A stretch of 64,000 nucleotides of DNA from Pseudomonadota bacterium. GTDB lineage: Bacteria; Pseudomonadota; Gammaproteobacteria; Xanthomonadales; Xanthomonadaceae. Under the pieces are notes generated by a model that saw nothing but the letters and a program-made list of their open reading frames with translations, was not told the origin of the DNA and searched no databases. Made by a program: the position numbers and the translations under genes. Each line of letters begins with the position of its first letter. Within the stretch, counting starts at the first letter, position 1. Of this stretch, positions 11,662 to 20,282 are shown piece after piece. The stretch covers positions 1,057-65,056 of the forward strand of contig JAFEBV010000039.1 in assembly GCA_018242485.1 (NCBI GenBank). The letters run 5' to 3'.

Positions 11662-12384
11662 TCAGGCGTGCCTGCTTTCTTCGAGCAATGCGCGATGCCA
11701 ATCGAACCACGCCAGCACCTGCGCGAATTCAGCGTCCAGCGGTGCCATGGTTTCGATGCGCGCACCGCTGCGCGGGTGCGTGAACGCCAGCGTGTGCGCA
11801 TGCAGCAGCATCCGACCGATACCACGCGCACGAAAGATACGGTTGTGATGGCCGTCGCCGTGGCTGGTGTCGCCGATCAGATGATGGACGGCGTGCTTGA
11901 GATGGCGGCGGATCTGTCGCCAGCGGCCGGTGTGCGGCGCGCATTCGAGCAAGGCGTATCGCGAGGTCGGAAAGCCGCCTGAGGGTTCGGGCAATTCGCC
12001 GGTCGCGAGGCGGCGAAACGCCGTGACCGCGGGCTTCTTGACCGGTTTGCCCGGGCCGCCGTCGAGCGGATGATCGATGACCCCGATCTCGGCGGGCCAG
12101 CCGCGGCACACCGCGAGATAGGTTTTCTCCACCGCACGCTGCATGAACTGCGTACCCAGCGCAGCGGCGGTGTCGCGGTCGAAAGCGATCAACACGCAGC
12201 CGCTGGTGGCGCGATCGAGCCGATGCACCAGCACCACCTCGCGCGCGAACTGCATTCGCAGGCGATCGACGAGAAAGTCATCCTCGTCGCGCGCCATCGG
12301 GCTGGCGTGCGCCATCAGCCCGACGGGTTTGTTGACCACCGCGAGCACGTCGTCGGCGAACAGGATCGGCAGGGAAGGATTCAT
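11662..12384 (-). CDS. truC: tRNA pseudouridine(65) synthase TruC (RluA family)
   Basis: VAVVNKPVGLMAH, HRLDRATSG catalytic Asp motif, and GRWRQIRRHLKHAVHHLIGDTSHGD, closely TruC-like. Start set at MNPSLPILF. Confidence 0.85.
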   Translation of the reverse strand: MNPSLPILFADDVLAVVNKPVGLMAHASPMARDEDDFLVDRLRMQFAREVVLVHRLDRATSGCVLIAFDRDTAAALGTQFMQRAVEKTYLAVCRGWPAEIGVIDHPLDGGPGKPVKKPAVTAFRRLATGELPEPSGGFPTSRYALLECAPHTGRWRQIRRHLKHAVHHLIGDTSHGDGHHNRIFRARGIGRMLLHAHTLAFTHPRSGARIETMAPLDAEFAQVLAWFDWHRALLEESRHA

Positions 12385-12472
12385 GCAGCACGTCGCCGCG
12401 TCGATTGCGGCGAACGCCATGATCCCTTATCCGCCATCGCGGCGACGCTTGCGATCCATCCGCTCGGCGTGA

Positions 12473-12964
12473 TCACTCCTCCGCTTCGGCGATCAAGGTG
12501 GCGATGGCAGCGCCGAGTTGCATGTCCTCGAGCGTGCCGAAGCGCTGCATGCGCAGGCGGCCCTTGCGGTCGTACAGCAGCAGCGTCGGCGTGCCCTGCA
12601 TGCCGTAAGCGCGCATGGTCAGCGGAATGGCGTCGCCGTCGGCATGCGCGTCGATGCCGACCGGGAAATGCACGCGATTTTCGTGCAGGAATGCCTTCAA
12701 TGCAGCCGCGCTGCCCTGCGCTTCATGATGCTCGAACACCGTGTGCAGGCCGATCACCGCCAGTACGTCTTCCGGAAACGTCTGCCGTGCGCGCAGGGCC
12801 TGCGGGATGCCATGACCCACGCAGCCCGGACACAGCATCTGGAACGCTTCCAGCAAGACGACCTTGCCGCGCAAGCTCTCCAGGCTCAGCGCAGCCGGCG
12901 CATTGAGCCATTCTTGCACTTGCCATGCGGGCGGCATCGTCGTTGGCATCGAAACTACCCTCAC
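12473..12964 (-). CDS. TlpA/redoxin-family thiol-disulfide oxidoreductase
   Basis: CPGC active-site motif within a thioredoxin-fold-sized ORF (163 aa). Start uncertain (MRVVS or MPTTM). Confidence 0.7.
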   Translation of the reverse strand: MRVVSMPTTMPPAWQVQEWLNAPAALSLESLRGKVVLLEAFQMLCPGCVGHGIPQALRARQTFPEDVLAVIGLHTVFEHHEAQGSAAALKAFLHENRVHFPVGIDAHADGDAIPLTMRAYGMQGTPTLLLYDRKGRLRMQRFGTLEDMQLGAAIATLIAEAEE

Positions 12965-13050
12965 GCAAGGATGGCGAAGATCGCCTGTATGACGAAGATC
13001 GCCGAAAAGTTTTCCTCACCCGGTTCCATGGTGACGCAATTCTACAGCGT

Positions 13051-13100
13051 CGTCATTCCGGGGCTGTCCGCGCTGTCTGCGGACAGAACCCGGAATCCAG
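13051..13100. repeat. nested-palindrome REP, family 4 (ATTCCGGG..CTGTCCGC..GCGGACAG..CCCGGAAT)
   Basis: Near-identical copy at 43266-43319 in the same orientation. Confidence 0.8.
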
Positions 13101-13140
13101 TGTCTTGCATCGAACGCACCTTCATCACGCACAACGCGAG

Positions 13141-14793
13141 TCAGCGCCTTCGCGGCCATGCCATCACGAAGGCGATCAGCGCGCCGGCGCCGGCGATCCA
13201 CACCGTCAACGGCGTGTCCAACCATTCGTGGCCGCCGACGTGGAAGGCGTACAGCAGCACCCCGCACACCGCCAGCGCGGTGCCGAGCAGGGCCAGCACG
13301 GTCTGTCGTTGCGCGGCGCGCGAGCTTTCCGCCAGCGCGGCCAGATCGTGCGACTGCATGCGCAGCTCGACCTGTCCGGCCAGCGCCTTGCGCAGGTAAT
13401 CGTGCAGCATCTGCGGCATCTCCGGCGCGCCCAGCAACCAGCCCGGCAGCTTCTCGCGCAAGCGCCGCATGAGCGCGGCGGGGCTGCGTTCGCGTTGCAG
13501 GATGTCCGCCAGCACCGGCTGCGCCACCGCCCAGATGTCGCAATGCGGATCGAGCGTGCGGCCGATGCCCTCGATGTTGAGCAGGGTCTTCTGCAACAGG
13601 ATCAGCTGCGGCTGGATGGTGAGCTGATTGGCGCGGGCGAGCTTGAACAGCTTGAACAGCACCTCGCCCAGCGCGATCTCCGCCAGCGGGCGGGTGAAGT
13701 AAGGCTCGCAGATCGTGCGCACGTCCGCTTCCAGCGCGTCCAGCCGCAGGGTTGCCGGCATCCAGCCGGCCTCGATGTGCAATTCGGCGATGCGCCGGTA
13801 ATTGCGCTCGAAGATCGCGGTGAAATTTTCGGCGAGGAAGTAGCGGTCGATCTCCGGCAGCGAGCCGACGATGCCGAAATCCAGCGCGATGTAACGCGGC
13901 TTGCGCGGATCGGCGAGGTCGATCCACAGGTTGCCGGGGTGCGCGTCGGCGTGGAAGAAATTGTCGCGGAACACCTGCGTGTAGAACAGGCGCACACCGG
14001 TCGCAGCGAGTTTGGCGCGGTCCACCCCGGCCGCATCCAGCGCGGCGATGTCGTCGGCGCGCACGCCGCTCACCCGCTCGATGGTCAACACGCGCTCGGC
14101 GCTGTGCGACCAGAACACCTCGGGCACATACAAATCAGTCGAGCCGGAAAAGTTACGCCGCATCAGGCTGGCATTCGCGCCCTCGCGTTGCAGATCGAGC
14201 TCACCGCGCAGCGAGCGTTCGAGTTCGGCGACGATGTCCTGCGGGCGCGTCATCTCGGGATCGGGGCCGATCTTTTCGGCCAGCCGCGCGAAACTGCGCA
14301 GCAGCGCCAAATCCTGTTCGATGCGCCGCTCCACGCCGGGGCGCAACACCTTCACCACCACCGCGCGGCCATCGGGCAATTCGGCGGCGTGCACCTGCGC
14401 CACCGAGGCCGAGGCCAACGGCGTACGCTCGAAGGATCGATACAGTTCGGACAGTGGCCGGCCCAGCGCCGCGACCACGATCGCCTCGGCCTGCTCGCCG
14501 GGGAAGGGCGCAACGCGATCCTGCAACTGCGCCAGCGCATCGGCGATGTCCGGCGGCAACAGATCGCGACGTGTCGACAGCACCTGCCCGAATTTCACGA
14601 ACAGCGGTCCGAGATCCTGCAGTGCGAGGCGCAGGCGCTCGCCGCGTTCCAGCGCGGCCACGCCGCTGCGCGCCGGCACGAACGGGCGCAGCAGTTTCAG
14701 CCAGCGCGCCAGCCGGGTTTCGTCGAGCAGGGTATCGAGCCGATAGCGCAACACCACGCGCAGGATCTGGCCGATGCGGGTGGCGCCTTTCAC
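13141..14793 (-). CDS. ubiB: ubiquinone biosynthesis regulatory protein kinase UbiB
   Basis: 550 aa. ABC1/ADCK kinase-like region (ASASVAQVHAA..VVVKVLRPG) and C-terminal TM helices. Start overlaps the ubiJ stop. Confidence 0.92.
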   Translation of the reverse strand: MKGATRIGQILRVVLRYRLDTLLDETRLARWLKLLRPFVPARSGVAALERGERLRLALQDLGPLFVKFGQVLSTRRDLLPPDIADALAQLQDRVAPFPGEQAEAIVVAALGRPLSELYRSFERTPLASASVAQVHAAELPDGRAVVVKVLRPGVERRIEQDLALLRSFARLAEKIGPDPEMTRPQDIVAELERSLRGELDLQREGANASLMRRNFSGSTDLYVPEVFWSHSAERVLTIERVSGVRADDIAALDAAGVDRAKLAATGVRLFYTQVFRDNFFHADAHPGNLWIDLADPRKPRYIALDFGIVGSLPEIDRYFLAENFTAIFERNYRRIAELHIEAGWMPATLRLDALEADVRTICEPYFTRPLAEIALGEVLFKLFKLARANQLTIQPQLILLQKTLLNIEGIGRTLDPHCDIWAVAQPVLADILQRERSPAALMRRLREKLPGWLLGAPEMPQMLHDYLRKALAGQVELRMQSHDLAALAESSRAAQRQTVLALLGTALAVCGVLLYAFHVGGHEWLDTPLTVWIAGAGALIAFVMAWPRRR

Positions 14794-15473
14794 GTTTCCG
14801 TCCCACGCCGCGCCGGTGAATCGGTGGGGGGCACATCGCCGCCCAGTTTCTGGTGCAGGCGATGCATGCGCGCGTGCAGGCGCTCGACGCGATCGCGCAG
14901 GGCGTCGACCTCGTCGAAATGCGCATCCAGTTCGGCACGACCGAGCACGTCGCGCGATTCCTCGGTCAGGTAGTCGGCGGTGTCGCGCGCGAGTTTTGCC
15001 GCGCCGTCGCGGCCGAAGCGCAACGCCGCGCGCACCGCGTTTCCAACCTGCACACCCAACACTTCGCCGAACACCTGCACGAAGGGCAGGTTCCAGTCCG
15101 GATCGAAACGTTCGGCAAGCTTTTGCAGTTGCCGCGCGAGATCGGCATCGCCGGCGATCTTCACCTTGCCCGGCCCGGTGCCTGCTGCGGAGCGCAGGAA
15201 CGGCAGTTGCGAGAGCAGCCCGCCGAGGGTGCCGCGCACGGCCAGATCCGGCTCGTTCGTGGCATCAACCGGGCCGACCACCAAGCGCCCTTCGCGTACC
15301 GTCACCGCGAGCGCGAGCGCCGGTGCCTGCAAGGACAACTCGATGCGCCGACCTTCCAGCGCGGCGATGGCATCGCGGGTGGAGGGGTCGAGCGCTAGCA
15401 CGCGATTGAGCGCGGCCTCGATGGCGCGGCCGGCGAGTGGCTTGATGGCGTCGAAGGGCGAAGTGGCGCTCAT
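14790..15473 (-). CDS. ubiJ: ubiquinone biosynthesis accessory factor UbiJ (SCP2 domain)
   Basis: Start at MSATSPFDAIKPLAGRAIEAALNRVLALD. SCP2-like N-terminal half. Immediately upstream of ubiB with a 4-nt overlap. Confidence 0.75.
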   Translation of the reverse strand: MSATSPFDAIKPLAGRAIEAALNRVLALDPSTRDAIAALEGRRIELSLQAPALALAVTVREGRLVVGPVDATNEPDLAVRGTLGGLLSQLPFLRSAAGTGPGKVKIAGDADLARQLQKLAERFDPDWNLPFVQVFGEVLGVQVGNAVRAALRFGRDGAAKLARDTADYLTEESRDVLGRAELDAHFDEVDALRDRVERLHARMHRLHQKLGGDVPPTDSPARRGTET

Positions 15474-15511
15474 GCGCGCATTGTAGCCGGGCGCGCGGAT
15501 CGCATCGGTGG

Positions 15512-16510
15512 CTAGCTTGCCTGCACCCACGCCGCGCGCAAACGGTGCAGGCCTTCCTCGAATCCCACTTGCGGCACATAGCCGAAATCGCGACGCGCAG
15601 CAGAGATGTCGTACCAATGCGCGGTGGCGAGCTGCTCGGCAAAAAAGCGCGTCATCGGCGGCTCGCCGCGCAGCGGCAGTACGCGCCATGCCGTTTCCAG
15701 CATCGCACCGGCGGCGTAGGCCACGCCGAAAGGAATGCTGCCGCGCACCTGCGGCGCGCTGACCGCTTCCAGCAAACCGTTGATCGTCTCGCGCAGCGTG
15801 CGTGGCTCGCCGTTGGAGATGAAATACGCCTTGCCGGCGCAGGCCGCGCCCACCGCGAGATGTTCGAAGGCATCCACGTGCGCCTGCGCGGCGTTGTCGA
15901 TGTAGGTGGTATCGATGCGGTTGCTGCCGTCGCCGACAAAGCGCAAGCGCCCGGCGCGCGCACGCGCGACCAGCCGTGGCAGCAGGTGGTTGTCGCCCGG
16001 CCCCCAGATCAGCCGTGGACGCAGAGCCACCGTCGCCAGGTTCACGTCATTCGCTGCCAGCACGGCTTTCTCGGCGATGGTTTTGGTAGCCGGATAGGCG
16101 GCCTTGAAGTGCTCGCCATACGGCGTGTTCGCCTCGTTGCCGCCCTCGACCGCGACTTGGCCGCGATGGGCGACGCTGGGCGTGGAGGTGTACACGAGGC
16201 GCTCGATGCCCTGCGCGCGGCAGGCGGCGATCACGTTCTGCGTGCCGACCACGTTGGCCAGACGATAGCTTTCGTAAGGACCCCAGCCACCGGCCTTGGC
16301 GGCGACGTGGAAGATCGCCTCCATGCCGCGCGCGGCATCGCGCACGCTCGCGGCATCGGCCAGATCGCCCTGCACCGCGCGCACGCCGAGCGCATCCAGT
16401 TCCGGGTAACGCCCGCGGTTGAAGCTGGCAATCTCATGTCCGCGCGCAACGAGCAGGCGGCAGATCGCCTGCCCGAGAAAACCACCGCCACCAGTCACCA
16501 GAATCTTCAT
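15512..16510 (-). CDS. oleD: OleD, NAD(P)H-dependent 2-alkyl-3-ketoalkanoate reductase (3-beta-HSD/epimerase family)
   Basis: Rossmann motif [13 protein letters not shown], 332 aa. Last member of a co-directional oleA-oleB-oleC-(DUF559)-oleD set. Confidence 0.85.
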   Translation of the reverse strand: MKILVTGGGGFLGQAICRLLVARGHEIASFNRGRYPELDALGVRAVQGDLADAASVRDAARGMEAIFHVAAKAGGWGPYESYRLANVVGTQNVIAACRAQGIERLVYTSTPSVAHRGQVAVEGGNEANTPYGEHFKAAYPATKTIAEKAVLAANDVNLATVALRPRLIWGPGDNHLLPRLVARARAGRLRFVGDGSNRIDTTYIDNAAQAHVDAFEHLAVGAACAGKAYFISNGEPRTLRETINGLLEAVSAPQVRGSIPFGVAYAAGAMLETAWRVLPLRGEPPMTRFFAEQLATAHWYDISAARRDFGYVPQVGFEEGLHRLRAAWVQAS

Positions 16511-16896
16511 TTGTTACTCCCTCCCCTGCTTGCAGGGGAGGGTTGGGGTGGGGTTGGTTGTCGCCCGCAAAGTTCTCGTTCGATCACCTGATACACACCC
16601 TCGATGTTTTGCAGAACGTCATGATTCCAGAACCGGATCACCTTATAGCCAAGGGCTTCGATCCGCGCGGTACGCGCTGCGTCAGCGCTGCGTGCATCGG
16701 CATGCTGGCCGCCATCGACTTCGATCACCATACGCGCATCGATGCACACGAAGTCCACGATGTGTCCCGCGATCGGGTATTGCCTGCGGAATTTCCGACC
16801 CAACAATGCCCGCCCACGTAGCACCGTCCATAAACGGCGCTCAGCGTCCGTCATCTGCTCACGCAAGCGTCGCGCGGTGCTCCATTTTCGATCCAT
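16507..16896 (-). CDS. DUF559 (Vsr-like fold) endonuclease-domain protein
   Basis: 129 aa: [23 protein letters not shown]...[20 protein letters not shown]...[12 protein letters not shown], the characteristic DUF559 pattern. Its 3' end runs into a REP unit, and TGA overlaps the oleD ATG. Confidence 0.85.
   Translation of the reverse strand: MDRKWSTARRLREQMTDAERRLWTVLRGRALLGRKFRRQYPIAGHIVDFVCIDARMVIEVDGGQHADARSADAARTARIEALGYKVIRFWNHDVLQNIEGVYQVIERELCGRQPTPPQPSPASRGGSNK
16519..16555. repeat. REP family 1 unit (11-bp stem CCCTCCCCTGC/GCAGGGGAGGG plus tail TTGGGGTGGGGTT)
   Basis: Perfect hairpin seen directly. It is the reverse complement of the unit at 16899-16937. Confidence 0.9.
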
Positions 16897-16898
16897 GC

Positions 16899-16937
16899 AA
16901 CCCCACCCTAACCCTCCCCTTCTGCCGAAGGGGAGGG
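16899..16937. repeat. REP family 1 unit, inverted (tail AACCCCACCCTAA plus stem CCCTCCCCTTC/GAAGGGGAGGG)
   Basis: Perfect 11-bp stem. Begins 2 nt upstream of the DUF559 ATG. Confidence 0.9.
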
Positions 16938-17033
16938 GATAAAAGCTCGACCAATCAACGCGGCCCAAAGACGCTGCTCGACATCCCTCAACTTCGAATG
17001 CAAGCGTCGCGCGGCGCTCCATTTCCGATCCAC
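16938..17033 (-). pseudogene. truncated DUF559 paralogue (first ~30 codons only)
   Basis: Reads VDRKWSAARRLHSKLRDVEQRLWAALIGRAF and then runs into the REP at 16937. Segment 17000-17074 is 72/75 identical to 16863-16937, with ATG changed to GTG. Confidence 0.6.
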
Positions 17034-17036
17034 GCA

Positions 17037-17074
17037 ACCCCACCCTAACCCTCCCCTTCTGCCGAAGGGGAGGG
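17037..17074. repeat. REP family 1 unit (second copy of the right-hand unit)
   Basis: AACCCCACCCTAACCCTCCCCTTCTGCCGAAGGGGAGGG. It supplies the last ~10 codons and the stop (17045-47) of oleC. Confidence 0.9.
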
Positions 17075-19012
17075 AACTTGAGATGCCGCCCACGCTGCCA
17101 GCTTCTCGCGGCCGATCTTGGCATTGTGGCGGATGTCCACCGGAAACTTCGGGTGGATGAGGAAGCGCTCGATACACGCGGTGGGCGGATGGCGTTGGCC
17201 GATAGCGCGCAACTGCGCGAGGATGCGAGCGTGCTGCGTGGGCGCGATACCCGTATGCAGTTCCACGCACAACACTGGCTCATTGAACCCGCGACGGCCA
17301 AGGGTAGCGGCGTGACCATGAATCGATGAGTCCTGCGATACCTGCGAGGACGCGATGGATGGCTTCCGTGCAATGCCTACTAGCGCGGTGCGCCGCACCT
17401 CGGGATGGACGTTGAACACCGGCTCGACTTGCTCGGTGCACAGCGTGCCATCGACGGTCTCGACACGGTGCGACTTGCGCCCGCAGAACCACAACCGCCC
17501 CTGCGCATCGAAATAGCCGACATCGCCCATGCGGTGGACGATGCGCGTGTCCGACGATGCGATGTCCTCACCGCCGCTTGCTTGCGCGTGTGGCGACGCA
17601 TCATCGAGCCCTTCCCTCTTTGCGTGGGGCGATGAAGCGCGAATACGCCCTGCCGGCGGGAATTCGTCCACCGAAGAAAGTCCGGCAGGGCCGGAGACTT
17701 GGATGGTGGCAAGCCGCTCGCGGATCTTCGCCAACCGCGTCGCTTCGGGACGCTCGAAATACGCATCGGTTGCGGTCGGGCCGGCGACGGTGATCTCGCC
17801 GACTTCGCCATCGGGCACCAGCAGATCATCCGACCATTCGGGAATCGCCTCGTCGCGGATGCGGATGATGCGCACCACGTTCGGTGCCACCGGCCGGCCG
17901 ACGCAGGTGCCCGCACCGTTCTCTGTGGCTGCGCGCGTGGCTTGCAATTCGCGGCCTTCGATCACCGCCACCGGCAGGCATTCGGTCGCACCGTAGGGCG
18001 TCCACAACTGCGCGTCTTCGGGTAGCAGTTCGCGCATTTTCGTGACCACATCGGGTGGCACCGGCGCGCCGGCCGACAGCACCTTCCGTATCGTCGGCAA
18101 CTTCGCACCATGCCGCGCGAGCACATCCACCAATGCGGGCGAGCCGAACAGTTGGGTCACGCCGAATCGCGCGATGGCATCGTGGAGTTTGTGCGGATCG
18201 GCGCTGGCCGGGCGCGTGGGATCCATGTCGGGGATGATCGAGGTCAGCCCCAGCGCGGGATCGAACAAGGCGAACGGCGGGAAGGTCGGCAGATCCACGC
18301 CACCGGCTTCGATGTCGAAGGCTGTGCGCAGCAGTTCGATCTGCGCGACGAAATGCCGATGCCGGTAGACGACGCCTTTCGGCACACCGGTCGAGCCGGA
18401 GGTGAACAAGATCGCGGCGATCTCATTGGGTTCCGTATCGGCAAGCTGTGGGCCCGCGCCAGCACCCAGCGCCTCGATGTGCTGGAGCGTTTTCCCACCC
18501 CAGCCCCAACGCCGACCGACAGTAATGCGAATACGCGCGGATTTCGCCCAGCGCAGCACGATGCGCGCCGCGTGCGCCAGCGGGATGCCGATGAAAGCCT
18601 GTGGCTGCGCCTCGTCCAGACACTGCTTCAAGGCGCGTTTGTCGATACCCGGATCCACCAGCACCGGCACTGCGCCGAGCTTGAACAGCGCGAACATCAG
18701 CAGGAAGAACTCCGGCGACGGCCGCACCATCAGCACCGCGCGCACGCCGCGCACGATGCCGGATTTCGCCAACCCAGCGGCGATGGCGTCGGAGCGCGCA
18801 TCGAGTTGTGCGTAGGTCAACGTGAGGTCGTAACGTGCAAGGCCATCGCGCCCGCGCGTGCCCGGGCAGCGCAACGCGATCTGCTCGCCACGCTGCGCGG
18901 CCATGCGCGGCAGGGCGGCGGCGATGTTGCTGCGATGCACCCCCTCCCATGCGCGCAGCGCAGGGGAGGGTTGGGGAGGGGTGCTTTTGCTGATGTGTTC
19001 CATCGTCGCCAA
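17045..19012 (-). CDS. oleC: OleC, beta-lactone synthetase (ANL/AMP-dependent ligase superfamily)
   Basis: ILFTSGSTGVPKG, TPYGATE and HRMGDVGYFDAQGRLWFCGRK motifs. Position between oleB and oleD. 655 aa is my recollection-based ~100 aa longer than typical OleC. Start uncertain: ATG 19012/19003 or GTG 18940. Confidence 0.85.
   Translation of the reverse strand: MATMEHISKSTPPQPSPALRAWEGVHRSNIAAALPRMAAQRGEQIALRCPGTRGRDGLARYDLTLTYAQLDARSDAIAAGLAKSGIVRGVRAVLMVRPSPEFFLLMFALFKLGAVPVLVDPGIDKRALKQCLDEAQPQAFIGIPLAHAARIVLRWAKSARIRITVGRRWGWGGKTLQHIEALGAGAGPQLADTEPNEIAAILFTSGSTGVPKGVVYRHRHFVAQIELLRTAFDIEAGGVDLPTFPPFALFDPALGLTSIIPDMDPTRPASADPHKLHDAIARFGVTQLFGSPALVDVLARHGAKLPTIRKVLSAGAPVPPDVVTKMRELLPEDAQLWTPYGATECLPVAVIEGRELQATRAATENGAGTCVGRPVAPNVVRIIRIRDEAIPEWSDDLLVPDGEVGEITVAGPTATDAYFERPEATRLAKIRERLATIQVSGPAGLSSVDEFPPAGRIRASSPHAKREGLDDASPHAQASGGEDIASSDTRIVHRMGDVGYFDAQGRLWFCGRKSHRVETVDGTLCTEQVEPVFNVHPEVRRTALVGIARKPSIASSQVSQDSSIHGHAATLGRRGFNEPVLCVELHTGIAPTQHARILAQLRAIGQRHPPTACIERFLIHPKFPVDIRHNAKIGREKLAAWAASQVPSPSAEGEG
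17609..17703. mobile_element. MITE family 3 copy lying in frame inside oleC
   Basis: The segment ...GGGGCGATGAAGCGCG..CTGCCGGCGG..TTCGT..CCGAAGAAAGTCCGGCAGGGCCGGAG aligns by eye with 25279-25372 and 57017-57120. Confidence 0.7.
18942..18983. repeat. REP family 1 unit (13-bp stem with 1 mismatch, plus tail TTGGGGAGGGGTG)
   Basis: Seen directly. Lies within the possible N-terminal extension of the oleC ORF. Confidence 0.8.
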
Positions 19013-19071
19013 CAGACTACCCTTCCCAACCCAATGCTCTCGATTTGGGTTCCGTAGCGTCCGAAGATGGT

Positions 19072-19200
19072 GCCCTCATCCGCCTTGACGCGCCGCTCCT
19101 GCGGCGTGCCCTTCGGGCCGGCTTCGCCGTTCGCTCCGGCATCCTGCCTTCGCAGTCGGGCACCTTCCCCCGGAGGGGGAAGGGAAAAGCCGCTTCTCCC
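19072..19200. repeat. composite REP, family 2 (GCCCTCATCCGCC ... CACCTTCCCCCGGAGGGGGAAGG ...)
   Basis: Fills the oleB-oleC gap. Similar to 25405-25520 in the same orientation and to 36655-36785 inverted. Confidence 0.7.
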
Positions 19201-19224
19201 GTTGCACCGTTATTGGACAAGACT

Positions 19225-20145
19225 TCAGGAAAGCGCATGCGCATCCAGAAACGCGCGGATCGCTGGCACCAAGACTGCATGCTTGTCCTCCAGCACATAG
19301 TGCCCGGCATCGGCGAACGTCTGCACCTGCGCATCCGGCAGCGCGCGCGTGAAACCGTCGAGGAAGTGCTGGTCGAACACGAAGTCGCGCAGGCCCCAAC
19401 CGATGAAGGTTGGTCGATCCGCGTACTCGTGCAGGCGTCGCCCGGATTCGGCCACCAGCGGCCAGGCGCGATCGGAGGGCGACAGCGGGATGTCCTGCAC
19501 GAAGCGCAGGGTCGCGATGCGATGCGCCCACGAGTCGTAGGGCGCGACATAGGCACGGCGCACCTCGGCGCGCATCGCCTGCTCGACGCCCTGCCCGGCG
19601 GCGCCGGCGGCGAAGGCATTGAAACCGCGGATCAGCAGGGCGCCCAGTTTCCAATCGCGCCCGAGCCGCAACTGCCACGGCATCGGCTTGGTCTGCGGCA
19701 AGGGGAAGGCGGCGGTGTTGAGGATCACCAGCCGTTTCACCCGCGCGGTGTTCCGTAAAGCCCAGCCGAAGCCGATCATGCCGCCCCAGTCATGTACCGC
19801 CAGCGTGACATCGCCGTCGATGCGCAAATGCTTCAGCAGCGCATCGAGGTCGTCCACCCGCGATTGCAGGGTGTAGTCGTAACGGGGCGATGCACCCGGC
19901 GCATCGTCGGGCTTGTCCGACAGCCCCATGCCGACGTGGTCGGGCACGATGCAGCGGTAGCCTTTTCCACCCGCCGGGTCGCGCAGGCCCAGCACGAGGT
20001 GCCGCCAGTAATAACTCCACGACGGATTGCCGTGCAGCATGACGACCACTTCGCCATCGCGCGGCCCCTCGTCGAGGTAACTCATCGCGATGCCGGGACG
20101 CACCTCGAAACGCTGCGGGGTGAAGGGGTAGTCGGGATAGTTCAT
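19225..20145 (-). CDS. oleB: OleB, alpha/beta-hydrolase (haloalkane dehalogenase-like) beta-lactone decarboxylase
   Basis: HGNPSWSYYWRH and VHDWGG motifs. Start set at MNYPDYPFTPQRFEVRPGIAMSYLDEG. Confidence 0.85.
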   Translation of the reverse strand: MNYPDYPFTPQRFEVRPGIAMSYLDEGPRDGEVVVMLHGNPSWSYYWRHLVLGLRDPAGGKGYRCIVPDHVGMGLSDKPDDAPGASPRYDYTLQSRVDDLDALLKHLRIDGDVTLAVHDWGGMIGFGWALRNTARVKRLVILNTAAFPLPQTKPMPWQLRLGRDWKLGALLIRGFNAFAAGAAGQGVEQAMRAEVRRAYVAPYDSWAHRIATLRFVQDIPLSPSDRAWPLVAESGRRLHEYADRPTFIGWGLRDFVFDQHFLDGFTRALPDAQVQTFADAGHYVLEDKHAVLVPAIRAFLDAHALS

Positions 20146-20282
20146 CGGGCCGATTGGATGGCAGGCACGTCGATTGGACGCACGCATGAAGGCGCTATTG
20201 CAGCACGGATTTACTAGGGTGACGGCTGCCGCCTTTGGCGACGAACAACGAAACGCTGGTCAGCCGGGAAATGCCGCGTCGC

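Noticed and set aside
16908-17270. 120-aa ORF overlapping the 3' end of oleC.
   Set aside because: Most of it is an alternative frame of oleC. Only its last ~30 codons (17033-16938) are meaningful, as a truncated DUF559 fragment.
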